Assembly (NCBI GenBank): GCA_049999805.1
Contig: JBNGIO010005494.1
Coordinates: 62,001 to 82,314 of the forward strand
DNA: 20,314 nt
DNA from: Folioceros fuciformis
Taxonomy: Eukaryota
Direction of reading: 5' to 3'
Shown: positions 1 to 10,388 of the stretch, piece by piece
How the letters are laid out: the number at the start of each line of letters is the position of its first letter
Numbering within the stretch: the first letter of the stretch is position 1
Translations under genes and position numbers: made by a program
The notes under the pieces: generated by a model
Databases searched by the model: none
What the model was told of the DNA's origin: nothing
The model's input: the letters and a program-made list of their open reading frames with translations, nothing else

Positions 1-3000
1 CTGAGATTGTCCCTTTCCCAGATCGAACCAGGTATGGAGACTTTGATGATGGGGATCCTGCTCCTTGTTCTGCACGTTTTATCATCACACACCCATCTTG
101 GATGCTGTAGGCGTGTTATGGACTTCCGGGCCAACTTCATAGCTGAATCCGAGCTAGTCAGCCCCTTGGACTTGGCTGCTTATGGACCTGAGTTCACCGT
201 CGTGCAAGTTGGAGGAAATTTCCAGGCAACTTCTAGGATGGAGAATCTGACTTTTACCCTAACGAAAAGCAACAACTCAACTGATGGTCCCATCGTGAAT
301 GCTTATGAGGCTTACCTGGTCTTGGATGTGGTTCCGGGTACAAACGCAGGAGATGGTGAGGTGGACTTCTCAATAGTTCCTGCCTTTGTAGCATGTTCTG
401 CGTTTTCTGCATCTCCTGCCACTCACAGCGGTTCACTTCACAACAGTAACGGCACTGACTGCCCTCAAGCCTGCTCTTGGATTCAATAACTGGGCTGGTG
501 ATCCTTGCTTGCCTGTACCATGGGATGAGCTGATCTGTAACATGAGTGATCGAGTGACATCTTTGTAAGTAGCTTCATTCTAGGTTTTGGGGAGGGAGAG
601 AATATTTTTCTCTGCATGCTGGTGGTCTCACTTCTTCGGCATTTGCTTGCAGGGATCTTTCCGGCAAGGGCCTCAACGGCTCCATTCCTTCCGAGATATC
701 TGGTCTAGAAGCACTCACCCTGCTGTGAGTATGCTTGGGCAGTGCTGTTGAAGTTCATCTTGGGATGGGAGGGTGATAGGCCAAATTCGAAAATCTGACA
801 GTACTTGCTGGATTTGCAATGAGCCCAGGAACTTATCTAATAATGCTTTCACCGGTGGCCTCCCAAGTTGGATTGCAGAGCTGAACTCCTTGCAGACCCT
901 GTGAGTGGGTGGGGCTTCTATTTGTTTCTTATTATTTTTCAGTATGTGTCATGAACCTCGAACATCCTAATCCAGTGATCGAAGCCGTTGCTGTCTCTGT
1001 CAGGGATGTTTCCAACAATCAGCTGAGCGGTAACTTTCCTGCAGCATATATCACTCACATCCCTCAATTCAGGTAAGAAGGTTGTCGTCTCATCAGTCCC
1101 TCTGTTAAAAGTGAGCTGTTGAAAGCTATTCACCTACGTAACCGAAAAATTGCAGGTACTCAGGTAACCTGCAGCTCAACTGCGTACCTTCAGATAATGC
1201 AACCTGCCCACCAGCCCCAGCAGCACTTCCAGCACTGTCTCCAGTCACACAAAGTCCACTACCTCTTTCATCAAACTCAGCAGCAAGGTCCAACGATCGA
1301 AATCAAGGGTCTCACATCTGGGTCATTGCTGGGAGCATTGCTGGAGGCATTCTTATCCTTTTTGCTGTTGGAGGACTCGTTCTCTGGTTCATTTTTTACA
1401 AACTGTCCTATCAGAGTGACTTACAAGCTCCTGATACGTCAGCAATACCGCAAGTGCACACAAGTGGTACCTCTTACCTTCCTGCGCCGTGGGTCATGGA
1501 GTGCACATCTGTCAGCAAGTGAGTGCTGGTTCACTAGTTTCTCATGAGGTACAACGTGTGGGTGTTCCATTCCTGGTCTCTGCAGACTCGAAGATGGTCT
1601 CTAATATCAGAGGAAGGGCTCAAGCGTTTAGTCTCCAAACCATTGAGGAAGCAACGAATAGGTTTGCTCATAGGGTTGGAGAATGTGCGTCTGGATCTGT
1701 CTTTCACGGAATCCTGAAAGACAGTTCGCAGCCAGTGGCAGTGAAGATCTTCTCAGGAAAGCCCGACAGAAGCCTGACTCAGTTCTCAGAAGAGGTAAGG
1801 AATCACTACCGAGATCCAGCTGCTTAGCCGCATTCCCAGAGGCCGTCAGGGAACTACATGTGTTCGCTGTATGTGCTTGCTGGCTGATGGACAACCACTG
1901 GCGTTGCCAGATTGATCTTCTGGCTACAGTTTGCAGCGACAAGTTGGTATCCCTCATTGGTTACTGCATACAAGGCGAGAATCTCATGCTTTTGCTCTCT
2001 CACGTGTCGGGAGGAGCTCTTCGTGATCATCTGTATGGTATGTCCAGAAAACTGATACCCTGCTTCAGACAACTGTCCTAAGGATAAGTGTCAAGTTTCC
2101 GGCATGAGACAGTTCTGTCCCAGAGGTGTTCGGGCCAACGTGTCATCCACAGGGGAAGTGGGGGTGGATTAGACATTGTTCGATCGAGTAATGTTGCGCC
2201 AGGTCTGTGAAAGGTAGGGGCTTGAATGGCTTAGCTCATTAGGGTGAACGAAATACAGGTGAGAAGGCTACAGGAGCTCCTCTGACATGGAGCCAGAGGC
2301 TGAAGATCGCCACCGACGTTGCGAAGGGTGAGGTGTTCGTTTCGTTTCAGTTGCCTGTTTGGCTGGGAAGGGGACAGGACGGTTCCACTGTCTTATGCAC
2401 CCTTCCCAACTGTGTGTGAGCAGGCCTGGAATACCTCCATAGTTGGAACCCAGCCATCCTCCACGGGAAGGTGAAGAGCAGCAAGGTTCTCCTTACCGAA
2501 GGACTCGAGGCCAAGTTAGCTGGATTTCATGCTACCAACCTGAGTTACAACCGAAGATCCCGTGGCATGGCGGAGGAAACTACGGGATACTTGGACCCAG
2601 AGTAGGACCTTCTCCAAGCCAACGTTCTTGTCCAACAGAAAGCTTAGCACAGTACTTTCTCCCTAAAGCCTGAAGGATCCGTGCAGGTACGGCACGAGTG
2701 GGATGCTGACAGAGACGACCGACGTCTTCAGTTTCGGCGTTGTGCTTTTGGAAATCCTGTGTGGACGGCCTCCCGTATCCAAGGACGACCCCACATACGT
2801 TCTTGCAGAACAGGCAAGCCACTCCAAGATTGAAGTTCCACCCTGTCTTGCCGCGAAGCAGTGAGCTGTCGTAGGGGTATCAGATCGAATAAGACCTCTC
2901 TCACACCCGCAGGCTGTCTCTGCTGCGTTGCCCGTCCTCCGCAGGTGCCGGCTGCCATGAATACAGGAAACCTGCAGGCGATGGTAGATCCCAAACTAGT

Positions 3001-3187
3001 CGAGAAGTACAAGGTGGGTTCAGTCTGGAGGTTCGCCGAGGTAGCTGTGAGCTGTGTGCAACTGACCCCGTCCCTGAGGCCAAACATGAGCCAGGTGGTG
3101 GTGGGTCTAGAGGAGGCCCTGGCACTGCAGTTGGTTGGAAAAGGCGAGAAGGCTTCTCCTGGCCACTCAAATGACATCACCAACTGA
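1..3187 (+). CDS. Malectin-like domain LRR receptor-like pseudokinase (LRR-I type), 5' end outside window. Exons: <1-31, 111-355, 447-564, 653-724, 829-900, 1004-1072, 1156-1466, 1586-1794, 1911-2037, 2259-2327, 2424-2601, 2687-2813, 2945-3187
   Basis: Manual splicing gives one continuous frame. It reads: malectin C-terminus ([13 protein letters not shown]), LRR N-cap ([17 protein letters not shown]), 72-nt LRR exons ([32 protein letters not shown]), a Pro/Ser-rich linker, TM helix [28 protein letters not shown], and a kinase fold ([55 protein letters not shown]). Introns are GT-AG except one GC-AG. Confidence 0.92.
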
Positions 3188-3845
3188 CCAAAGTGTGGAT
3201 ATGACACAGACATTCCAACCAACACCACCGTAATAGCAATCCTGCAGTGCTGCAGCGATCCTTTCTGTGACCTGGTCCGTAGCTGTCATGGAGCTCTGAC
3301 TCCTTCTGTGTGTGCACCTCAACCTGGCCACCATGCTATCCCGAGAGAGTTGTACAAAAATGCGACAGCGTAGCTGGATGGCGCAAGTGGGCATGTGTTA
3401 TCTGCACAGCAATATCTGAAAGTCCGTGCAAGCACACGGCACTGGCGCCCCTCGCTGTGTGCCAGCATCTGCAGCCCATTGGCTCTGCCAACCCACGGTC
3501 GCCGCATCAACGACCCGTGCCGGCTTGCAAATTGCCCTTTAGGCGGGCCTGTCTGCCACTGTAATTCGCATTACCCGGTCTGGTTTACAGGGTCAACGCA
3601 CAGCGGGCCTTGATGAGGAAGCAACATCACGGAAGCTGCGAGGTAGAGCGCACGCGTTACTGCCACCCAATCCGAGGGGAGGCGGGTCCACGGCAAGAGT
3701 CTGGTAAGCTGCGGGATCAGCAGCGGCGGGAAGCATGGCGGCTGGGGCTGGGTGAAGCATTTCCGGATTGCAGCTGCTTCTAGATCAGAGATTGAGGACC
3801 TCTCCGAGCGAGGAGGCGGCTCTGGCGGTCGTCCACGTCCCGGCG

Positions 3846-4819
3846 ATGGAATCTCTGGCTCGTAGCCTGCGCGGCCGGAGGCTGTGGTTGCTGTGGCTTG
3901 TTGGCGTTGCGCTGCTGCAACGCCTTGTCGGCATTGCCGATGGGCAGACCGGAGGTGCGTGCTCTGCTGCTGCTTCCTGCAAAAGCTTCCTTCCTTACTT
4001 CCTGCTTTCAGCGCAGCTTTGCCCAGCAGCCCACAAGGCCAGGATCTATCGGTGCCTGAATCCTGAAACGCGCGTGTGCAGGGTTCATCAGCATCGACTG
4101 CGGCGCGGATGCGGATTTCATTTACACGAATCCCGACACCGACCTCTCCTTCGTCAGCGACGCGAGCTACATCTCCACCGGGGAAGTGGCGTCCACGTCG
4201 GACGCCCAGGTCACGGATCTCACCTCGCTCAGGTTCTTCCCCGCCTCATCGCCCGTGAAGAACTGCTACGACCTGGTCGTCGTCAACAACACGCAGTACA
4301 TGGTGCGAGCCTGGTTCTACTTCGGGGGCTACACCACTGTGCCAGCAAACGGCATCAACTTCCAGGTAGTGCGTCCATTTTCCCCGGTCTCGGCAGAGGC
4401 GCGTGTGTGGCTTGGTGCCTGGCTGGAGTGCTTAGCCTGAGAGACTGTGTGGCAGCAGATTGCTGTGGATGCTACGGTGTGGTGGCACGTCACCATCGAC
4501 ACCACTCCGAACGCTGTGACCTATTACGAGGTCATGGTCATCGCCACCAAGCCCAGCATGAGTGTCTGTTTGATCCGGCTGGACAGCAGCGACCCTTTTA
4601 TCAACACCCTGGAGCTCAGGCCGGTCTCTAGCTCCTCGTACAACGCAAATTTGGATGAGGACAGAACCATCATGCCCCTGCTCCTGCGGCGTAATTTCGG
4701 GGAGCAGACAACCACGTACAGGTTGGATATCAATGTAGGGATCCCCTGTGAGCCTGAAAGTGCAGTCTGCAGCTTAGGCGGCCTTGACATGGCCGATCTG
4801 TGTGCTTGTAGGTATCCTT
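3846..4819 (+). CDS. Second malectin-like receptor kinase, N-terminal part. Exons: 3846-3954, 4082-4365, 4459-4721, 4812->gap
   Basis: Signal-peptide exon MESLARSLRGRRLWLLWLVGVALLQRLVGIADGQ, followed by hallmark malectin-like motifs GFISIDCG, SLRFFP, KNCYDL, YMVRAWFYFG, SVCLI...PFINTLELRP, RRNFG and RYP. Splice sites are in phase. Confidence 0.9.
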
Positions 4820-4829
4820 NNNNNNNNNN
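4820..4829. other. Assembly gap (10 N) hiding the middle of the RLK gene
   Basis: The left side is mid-malectin domain (RYP) and the right side is kinase subdomain VIII-IX. The equivalent stretch of the first paralog is longer than 2.6 kb. Confidence 0.95.
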
Positions 4830-5394
4830 ACAACAGGCATGCTCACCGACAAGAGTGATGTCTACAGTTTCGGAGTGGTGTTGTTGGAGATCCTGTGTGG
4901 GCACCCACCCATTCTACAGGAGGGTCCTCAAAGGTTCATCGTGGAGAGGGTGAGAGTCCTCATCCTCTCTTAACCTGCCATTCCAACATTCACAGCACAA
5001 AACTCATCGTTGTGTGTGCCGATTTGAGTCACAGGTGAAGGCCGCCATGAACACTGGAAGCCTTGCATCCGTGGTGGATCCCGCTCTCAAAGGGGACTAC
5101 AAGCAGGAGTCGTTGTGGAGATTCGCAGAAATCGCCATGAGCTGCGTGCAAATTTCTTCCTCTGTCAGACCGGGCATGAGCAAGGTGGTGGCCGGACTCA
5201 CCCAGACTCTGGAACTGGAGTTCGGAGGGCAACAAGCACAATGGGTCCAGTCCAGCGGCGGGAAAAACAGCGACAGCATTACCCTAAATACCTCGGACAA
5301 CCCCGGCCCCCCTAGCACCTCCAGCTATTCCGGCTACAGCGCAGAGCAGCCTTCCCTAATTTTGTATGCTGATGACGGGCCTCGTGCATACTGA
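4830..5394 (+). CDS. Receptor-like kinase C-terminal part. Exons: gap<-4949, 5035-5394
   Basis: [27 protein letters not shown], then a GT-AG intron at 4950-5034, then [39 protein letters not shown]...RPGMSKVV and a Ser-rich tail ending DDGPRAY*. Clearly paralogous to 2687-3187. Confidence 0.9.
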
Positions 5395-5754
5395 GGCTCT
5401 TGAGCCTTTGTTCTCCATTAGTCTTAATCTTTCACCATGCTCAACTGTTCAGGCAACTCGCTCGTTCTAACTGGCGGGCACAGTGTTGAGGATGCCACCA
5501 TATTTTGTAGGATGCCAGCCACCATGGTGTACCTTTCACTCAGTCGTCTGCCCGCTCGCGAACTTTTAAGTCCGACATGAAGCTGCACTGCAGTCTTTGG
5601 GAAGGAATACGGATTTCGGTTTCACACGGTTTGAGCACGGTTCATCCTGCATGGGAGCTTTACTTCTATAGGGCCCTTCATAAATCTCTTAACAAGGGGG
5701 GGAAATTTGCAAAGGCTCTCACACTTGCTGATGGTGACGCGCTAGTGATGGCGG

Positions 5755-5850
5755 GTACTACACAACTGGCATGCTCACCAACAAGAGGGATGTCTTCAGT
5801 TTCGGGGTTGGGCTTGTTGGAGACCTTGCGTTGACAGGCACCTACGGTAT
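5755..5850 (+). pseudogene. Relic of a third RLK paralog (kinase subdomain IX exon)
   Basis: YYTTGMLTNKRDVFSFGV, then a frameshift to LLETL. The nucleotide sequence is similar to 4830-4900. No neighbouring exons are recognisable. Confidence 0.75.
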
Positions 5851-6145
5851 TCCACAAGCACCTATGGGGCTTTATAGGTTCATTGAGGGAAGGGTAGAAT
5901 CCTCGTATTCTCTTACTTTCCTCTCGAAACGTTGGAACTTTGTTAGCGGCGGTGGAATCGGTTTTCCAAGAATCCTTCAAAGTGGACTTGGTGTGGAACT
6001 CCGCCGAACATCAATGAGCAAGTGTTCCTGGCCCCATTTTCTTTTCATAGCTCAGCAATCTGCTTTCATCGAGCTGTGGGTTGATCATATCCTGTCCCAG
6101 GCGAAAGTGGTTCATCACCGCAAAGGTCAGTGGAGCAGTCTGAGG

Positions 6146-6295
6146 TATGGCATACCAAAGCGGACACTCTCTTACTAACCATTTTTTAAGGGTTTTTCAT
6201 GGGGTATCTTTCAGAATATTCGCTTTTGATGCCCATATTTTTCATGTCCCTTTTGGTAACTCTCCCAAAGCGGACGACGCACGAAACCGGACACA
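6146..6295 (+). mobile_element. Left terminus of a TATGG-ended DNA transposon (same family as the 16498 MITE)
   Basis: TATGGCATACCAAAGCGGACAC matches the MITE TIR at 21/22. About 130 bp more aligns with 16520-16650. No right end followed by the expected CTGAGG duplication was found. Confidence 0.85.
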
Positions 6296-6759
6296 GAAAA
6301 AACACCACATTTTCTCGTTTTCGGGTTCACGCTACGTAAATTTGTCACCCAGGTTTTTAGTTTCTTAGGGTTAGATCTGCAGGGAATATTCTCATTTTGG
6401 GATGGAATATGCACAGAATATTCCTTTAGGGTTTAGGGTCTTCCCAGAATATTCTTCGTCACCCGTTTTTCGCGAGCTCTCATAGTCACGGGCTCGTTGG
6501 CAAGAAGGGAGGGGGGGCTGAGCGGATGAGCTCTTGCTTGGGGGTTCTCGAGCATGGAAATCATGCTAGATCCAGATTTTGAAGCCGCTCTTGCTGGTCT
6601 CCTCATATGAACTTAGATTGGCCGTAATGGATACGCTCTGCAGGAGCGACAAGCGTAGGCGCTTGTAGGAGCAAGCTCTAATAGCCATCACAGTGGAAGA
6701 GTGTATCAAGCGGTGTGCAATTTCTGTTGTGCCATTGCTTCCGCACTGCTAAACCCTAT

Positions 6760-7773
6760 ACACGACTCGCAGTGTGCTCTTGTGATGGGCAGATGCCTTC
6801 GAGCGACTCTACTGGCGCAGCAGACTGTTCGACCACAGTCTCTTCATAGCCATGCTCTACCTCATGCTCAACTCCAATAGTTGTATCTTCCTCAGGGTGC
6901 ATCAGCCGGATCCAAGTCAGCTGCACCAGCCACATCCGCCTCAGCTGCAGAGGCCACATGTACGTCACCTGCAGATTCATCTCCTTCCACAGCTTGCGCC
7001 AACAGTGCAGTGATGTTCAGGGTTTCATGAAGTCATCACTTTCATCCAAGCCCTTGACAACCTTCGGTGCAGCGGTCACACAAGCAGCCTTTCTTGGCTC
7101 TCCGGCATGTACACTCACAAGCGGATCCCACAGTGTGGGGACATGGAAGAGGAGTTCATCACACACCAGAGTGCCATCTGCCTCACAACGCTCCACATAA
7201 ATGCTGCCTTTACATGTATTCCTGCGTTTGACTTCACGTAGAAGAGCTGACCTAAGGAAAAAACATGTCCCTTCGGGTAGAGACCAAAAGGGCTGCGGTC
7301 GACAACAAACCTGATTGACACGCACTGCATACCATACGAGAACAATGGGCACAATACTGAGGTAAGCTACTACCTGCCATTGTAGGAAATAGAAGCCTTT
7401 GCACATTCCGGAGTCAGACCTCGGCCCGTGGACAAATTTGCAGCATCGTTGGGTGCCCTTAGCTCCATCCCATTTGCAGCACCACTGGTCAGCACAATGT
7501 TCCTCCCCCCTTGTCCAGCCTTGCAGCATACGCAGCTCACCTCCCAACATAGTCGCATAACACGGCCCCACGACATGGCGATGTAGGAACAACCAGCAGA
7601 CAAGACATTCCGAAATAGTCACCTTACCTGAGCTTTGCCAAAGACTTCTCTCCTACCTCGGGATCAAATATTGCCCGCCCGTACTTAATCTCAAAGACGA
7701 TGCTGCGCAAGGAAAAGCATGATTCAGAGTCCGTCCAGGTGTCTTTGGCTGAAGGCCGCAGACGAGTGAGCAT
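6760..7773 (-). pseudogene. Degraded coding sequence of unknown function, possibly internal to the 6146 transposon
   Basis: ATG at 7773 opens MLTRLRPSAKDTW...KSLAKL, ending at a strong donor AG|GTAAGG near 7628. Downstream protein-like pieces lie in shifting frames: YCAHCSRMVCSAC, GHVFSLGQLFYVKSN, YVERCEADGTLVCDELLFHVP, and an acidic stretch EEDTTIGVEHEVEHGYEE. Confidence 0.35.
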
Positions 7774-8769
7774 GGCGTCTTCGGAGTGACATCCGTCAGC
7801 CGTTGTCGTCGTAATTAACGTTAAGCTTCTCGCCTGCGAGGGTCCCGACCCGCTACTCGTGGGTGGAAAGCCGAACGCTAATTATGGCCACAACGGAGGA
7901 GTGCAATCATCCTAGCTCCAATCCATAGCAGGATTGCAAGCCATGGCTCACGGACGACCTTGGATTGCCCTCCTTAACTGCTCCAAAATCCGCCGGCACA
8001 CTGCCTGCCTGCCTTCATCCTGCCCACCCCCCATCTGCCGCCAGGCCGCCTCCCGACCACGTTCCGGCCAAGCCTGGGCCTGATCCTCCTCTGTCCAGCT
8101 GGCTGCACTCAAGGTCCTCAGCCCCTGGCGCACCTGGGGCTGAGGCCAAGGCAAGGGTTGGCACCCCCATGCCTATCCCCATTCTCCACCAGCAAGCTCC
8201 CGACGCCCCAACTCGCCCTCACCCGTCCGACGTTTTTTGACGTCGGGCTTGGTACTGGCCACGGGCAGCATGTCATAAGACCCTGCGCCACACGCAAAAT
8301 TTTGAAAATCAAGTTCAATCACGCACCTGCCAGACGCGAGTGCAGAAGAGTGCACAGATTGACGTGAGTGTAGAAGAGTCCAAAGAATGATGTAGATCAC
8401 TCGCGTCTCGCAGGTGCTGTCTCTCCACAACATCCACTGTCAATCTTGCAAAACTGAGGGTTTAGGGTTTCACAGAGCATATCCACGAGCAACCATCAGC
8501 GACACAATTGGGTGCTCAACGTTCAGGGTTTATGTGCCAGGGTTGGGTTGCATAGTCCATCTATCGGCCCTATCGGCCCAGGACGGGCTGCCATCCTTGC
8601 CCGTTGGACTGCTTGCTACTCTGATGTTTATAGCTGGTTGTCACACATATCCCCGAGATGTATCACCTCCTGTTATTACGCCATTTCCTTTTTCTTTTGC
8701 ACCAAATACATTGGCATGTAACCCCGTACCCACATCCCGTCATGCCCTACGCCCCCGTCTCATCAGGCC

Positions 8770-9010
8770 TTCCCGCCGAATCGCCTAATCGTGTTTCCAG
8801 CACATGTCGTGGCCCACAACCGACTAGATCCAGCCCCTACCTAAACTCGAAATCTGTTCAAGAACGGACCTCCTTGCCATCCACCACCTTCCCCACGGGT
8901 CGCACTATGTCCTGCATTCTTGCAATGCTTGTTGCGCACATACAAGATTGTGCGGGAGGTGTCCATATCCCTCACGACTGCCACAAGTTGGAACTCACAC
9001 CCAATTACGG
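8770..9010 (-). pseudogene. Possible Mutator/MULE-related N-terminal domain remnant
   Basis: The minus strand reads GCEFQLVAVVRDMDTSRTILYVRNKHCKNAGH, which resembles the GC...Y...H...H pattern of WRKY/FAR1-like MULE DNA-binding domains. It is flanked by stops and frameshifts. Pattern resemblance only. Confidence 0.2.
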
Positions 9011-9529
9011 GACCGTCTCGATGGATACTGCCTCCTCAAACACACGAATCGCCCACGTGTCCTTCGTTGTGTCGCTGCTTCCAGGATTGCATGCTTCCCG
9101 AGAAGGGTTTCCCCATCCATTGTGCCGCCGTAGTCCCGTTGGTGGGGCTGTTCAGCGGGAACATGTCATTGCCCGCAGCTCGTTCCCCCCCACACCGTTC
9201 AGCTTCACACGCCTTCTCCCGCAGTGGGGCTTATCTTTTTATATACTACGCTATGTCACTGAATACTGGCATACAGCTGTCCTTCACGCCTCGGTGGCGG
9301 CTCCGTCTACCCTCACGTGGCGTAAAACGCATGCCTTCCTACCTACCTCTCCACCCCCCATCCCCGCCCCATGTCCATCACATGTCTTCACTACACACTT
9401 TCGGTTCAAACATCGTGACTTGTGCCCTTCTCAACCCTCCACTACACCCTTCAACAATATTCTCATTTGTATACCAATATATATACATATGTGCAGCACA
9501 CCTTGTTTCAAGTGTGCTCGGTTGTGACA

Positions 9530-9811
9530 TGACATGCACAGTCCTTGTTGGGCCATCAATATAGCATAGTTTTTGTTTGTGGTGCTTGCAAGAATGCCTT
9601 GGTGTAGTGTGTATACAAATGGGTTGCTTCCAACAAAGGGTATACACTTGCGAACTTATATGTAGCTACAGTCCTTGGCCATCGACGCTTCTGATTGATC
9701 CCACCTCGCAACCTAATACACAAATATTGTCCTTGGCCATTAATGTTTGTTATTCATAGTAATTTGCATCATTGAGCTCCGTTGTGGACATTGGGTATCG
9801 CCCCCTTTTTC
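9530..9811 (+). repeat. Degenerate ~175-bp tandem repeat, left of the copia insertion
   Basis: Motifs AGTCCTTGGCCAT, TTCTGATTGATCC, GCATCATTG and GCCCCCTTTT recur in the same order at 15930-16190. Confidence 0.65.
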
Positions 9812-10044
9812 TGACGCTGATCGAGCGAGCACGCACGCAAGCCAGTAGATCGCATAAGATAATGTATTCAGCCCCCGAAGCACGGGAACATACAGGTGGT
9901 TTCCATACGGCATGTTCATGTCACTTGACATCTCGGTAGTTAAAACAAATAATTGTCCTAACATGTAAACCCTAACTACTTCCTAGATATACGTTTATAG
10001 ATAGAAAAGTTTTAGGGTAGGTGAAACAAAACAATACGCCATCA
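9812..10044 (-). repeat. 3' LTR (233 bp, complete)
   Basis: On + it starts TGACG and ends CATCA (TG...CA with short inverted ends). The first 177 bp match 15720-15896 at 167/177. It contains a minus-strand TATAAA (9994-9999) and a telo-box AAACCCTA. Confidence 0.9.
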
Positions 10045-10056
10045 CCCCCACTTGAG
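10045..10056 (-). promoter_or_regulatory. Polypurine tract
   Basis: Minus strand reads CTCAAGTGGGGG immediately before the TG of the 3' LTR. Confidence 0.75.
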
Positions 10057-10087
10057 TTTCACGAAAAAAAAACTTGTACTTAACGAC

Positions 10088-10297
10088 ATGATTCTGCTGA
10101 CCTACTTCCTCTCAATTTGTCGGCTGCAGCTGAAGAAACTTATTGCAACTCTTGCCTGGATCATCTCTGCCTTGGACCGTGTCATCTGTGAGCTCGAAGC
10201 CGACCAAGATGCTGTTACGCATGCCGATTTCCCGCCACCTCAGCTAACAGCAGCGGACCGCCTCTCATCTGCAGGAAAACAGGTTTCTACCTTCTGA
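10088..10297 (+). CDS. Putative 69-aa antisense ORF in the copia 3' UTR
   Basis: MILLTYFLSICRLQLKKLIATLAWIISALDRVICELEADQD...; open ATG to TGA and fills most of the RNaseH-PPT interval. It is short and could be chance. Confidence 0.3.
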   Translation: MILLTYFLSICRLQLKKLIATLAWIISALDRVICELEADQDAVTHADFPPPQLTAADRLSSAGKQVSTF

Positions 10298-10388
10298 GAG
10301 TTGGAATCAACACCGAATCAACACCTAGCCTCTCCCGGAATTACTACACAACTGCGACATAGCCCAAGATGGAGTCAGGCAGTAGTAT

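Noticed and set aside
3768-4631. 287-aa ORF as a single-exon gene
   Set aside because: Only its signal-peptide exon is real. The rest is intron plus an off-frame reading of GC-rich malectin exons.
8658-9564. Long + strand ORFs of 289 and 214 aa
   Set aside because: No recognisable motifs, two overlapping frames, and Pro/Ser/His-rich composition from C-rich sequence. More likely the antisense shadow of decayed TE sequence.
10298-10335. Alternative 3' LTR start (minus GGGAGAGGCTAGG-TGTTGA)
   Set aside because: The 10044 boundary has a G-run PPT and inverted ends matching TGAYG. This cannot be fully excluded because the 5' LTR is truncated.
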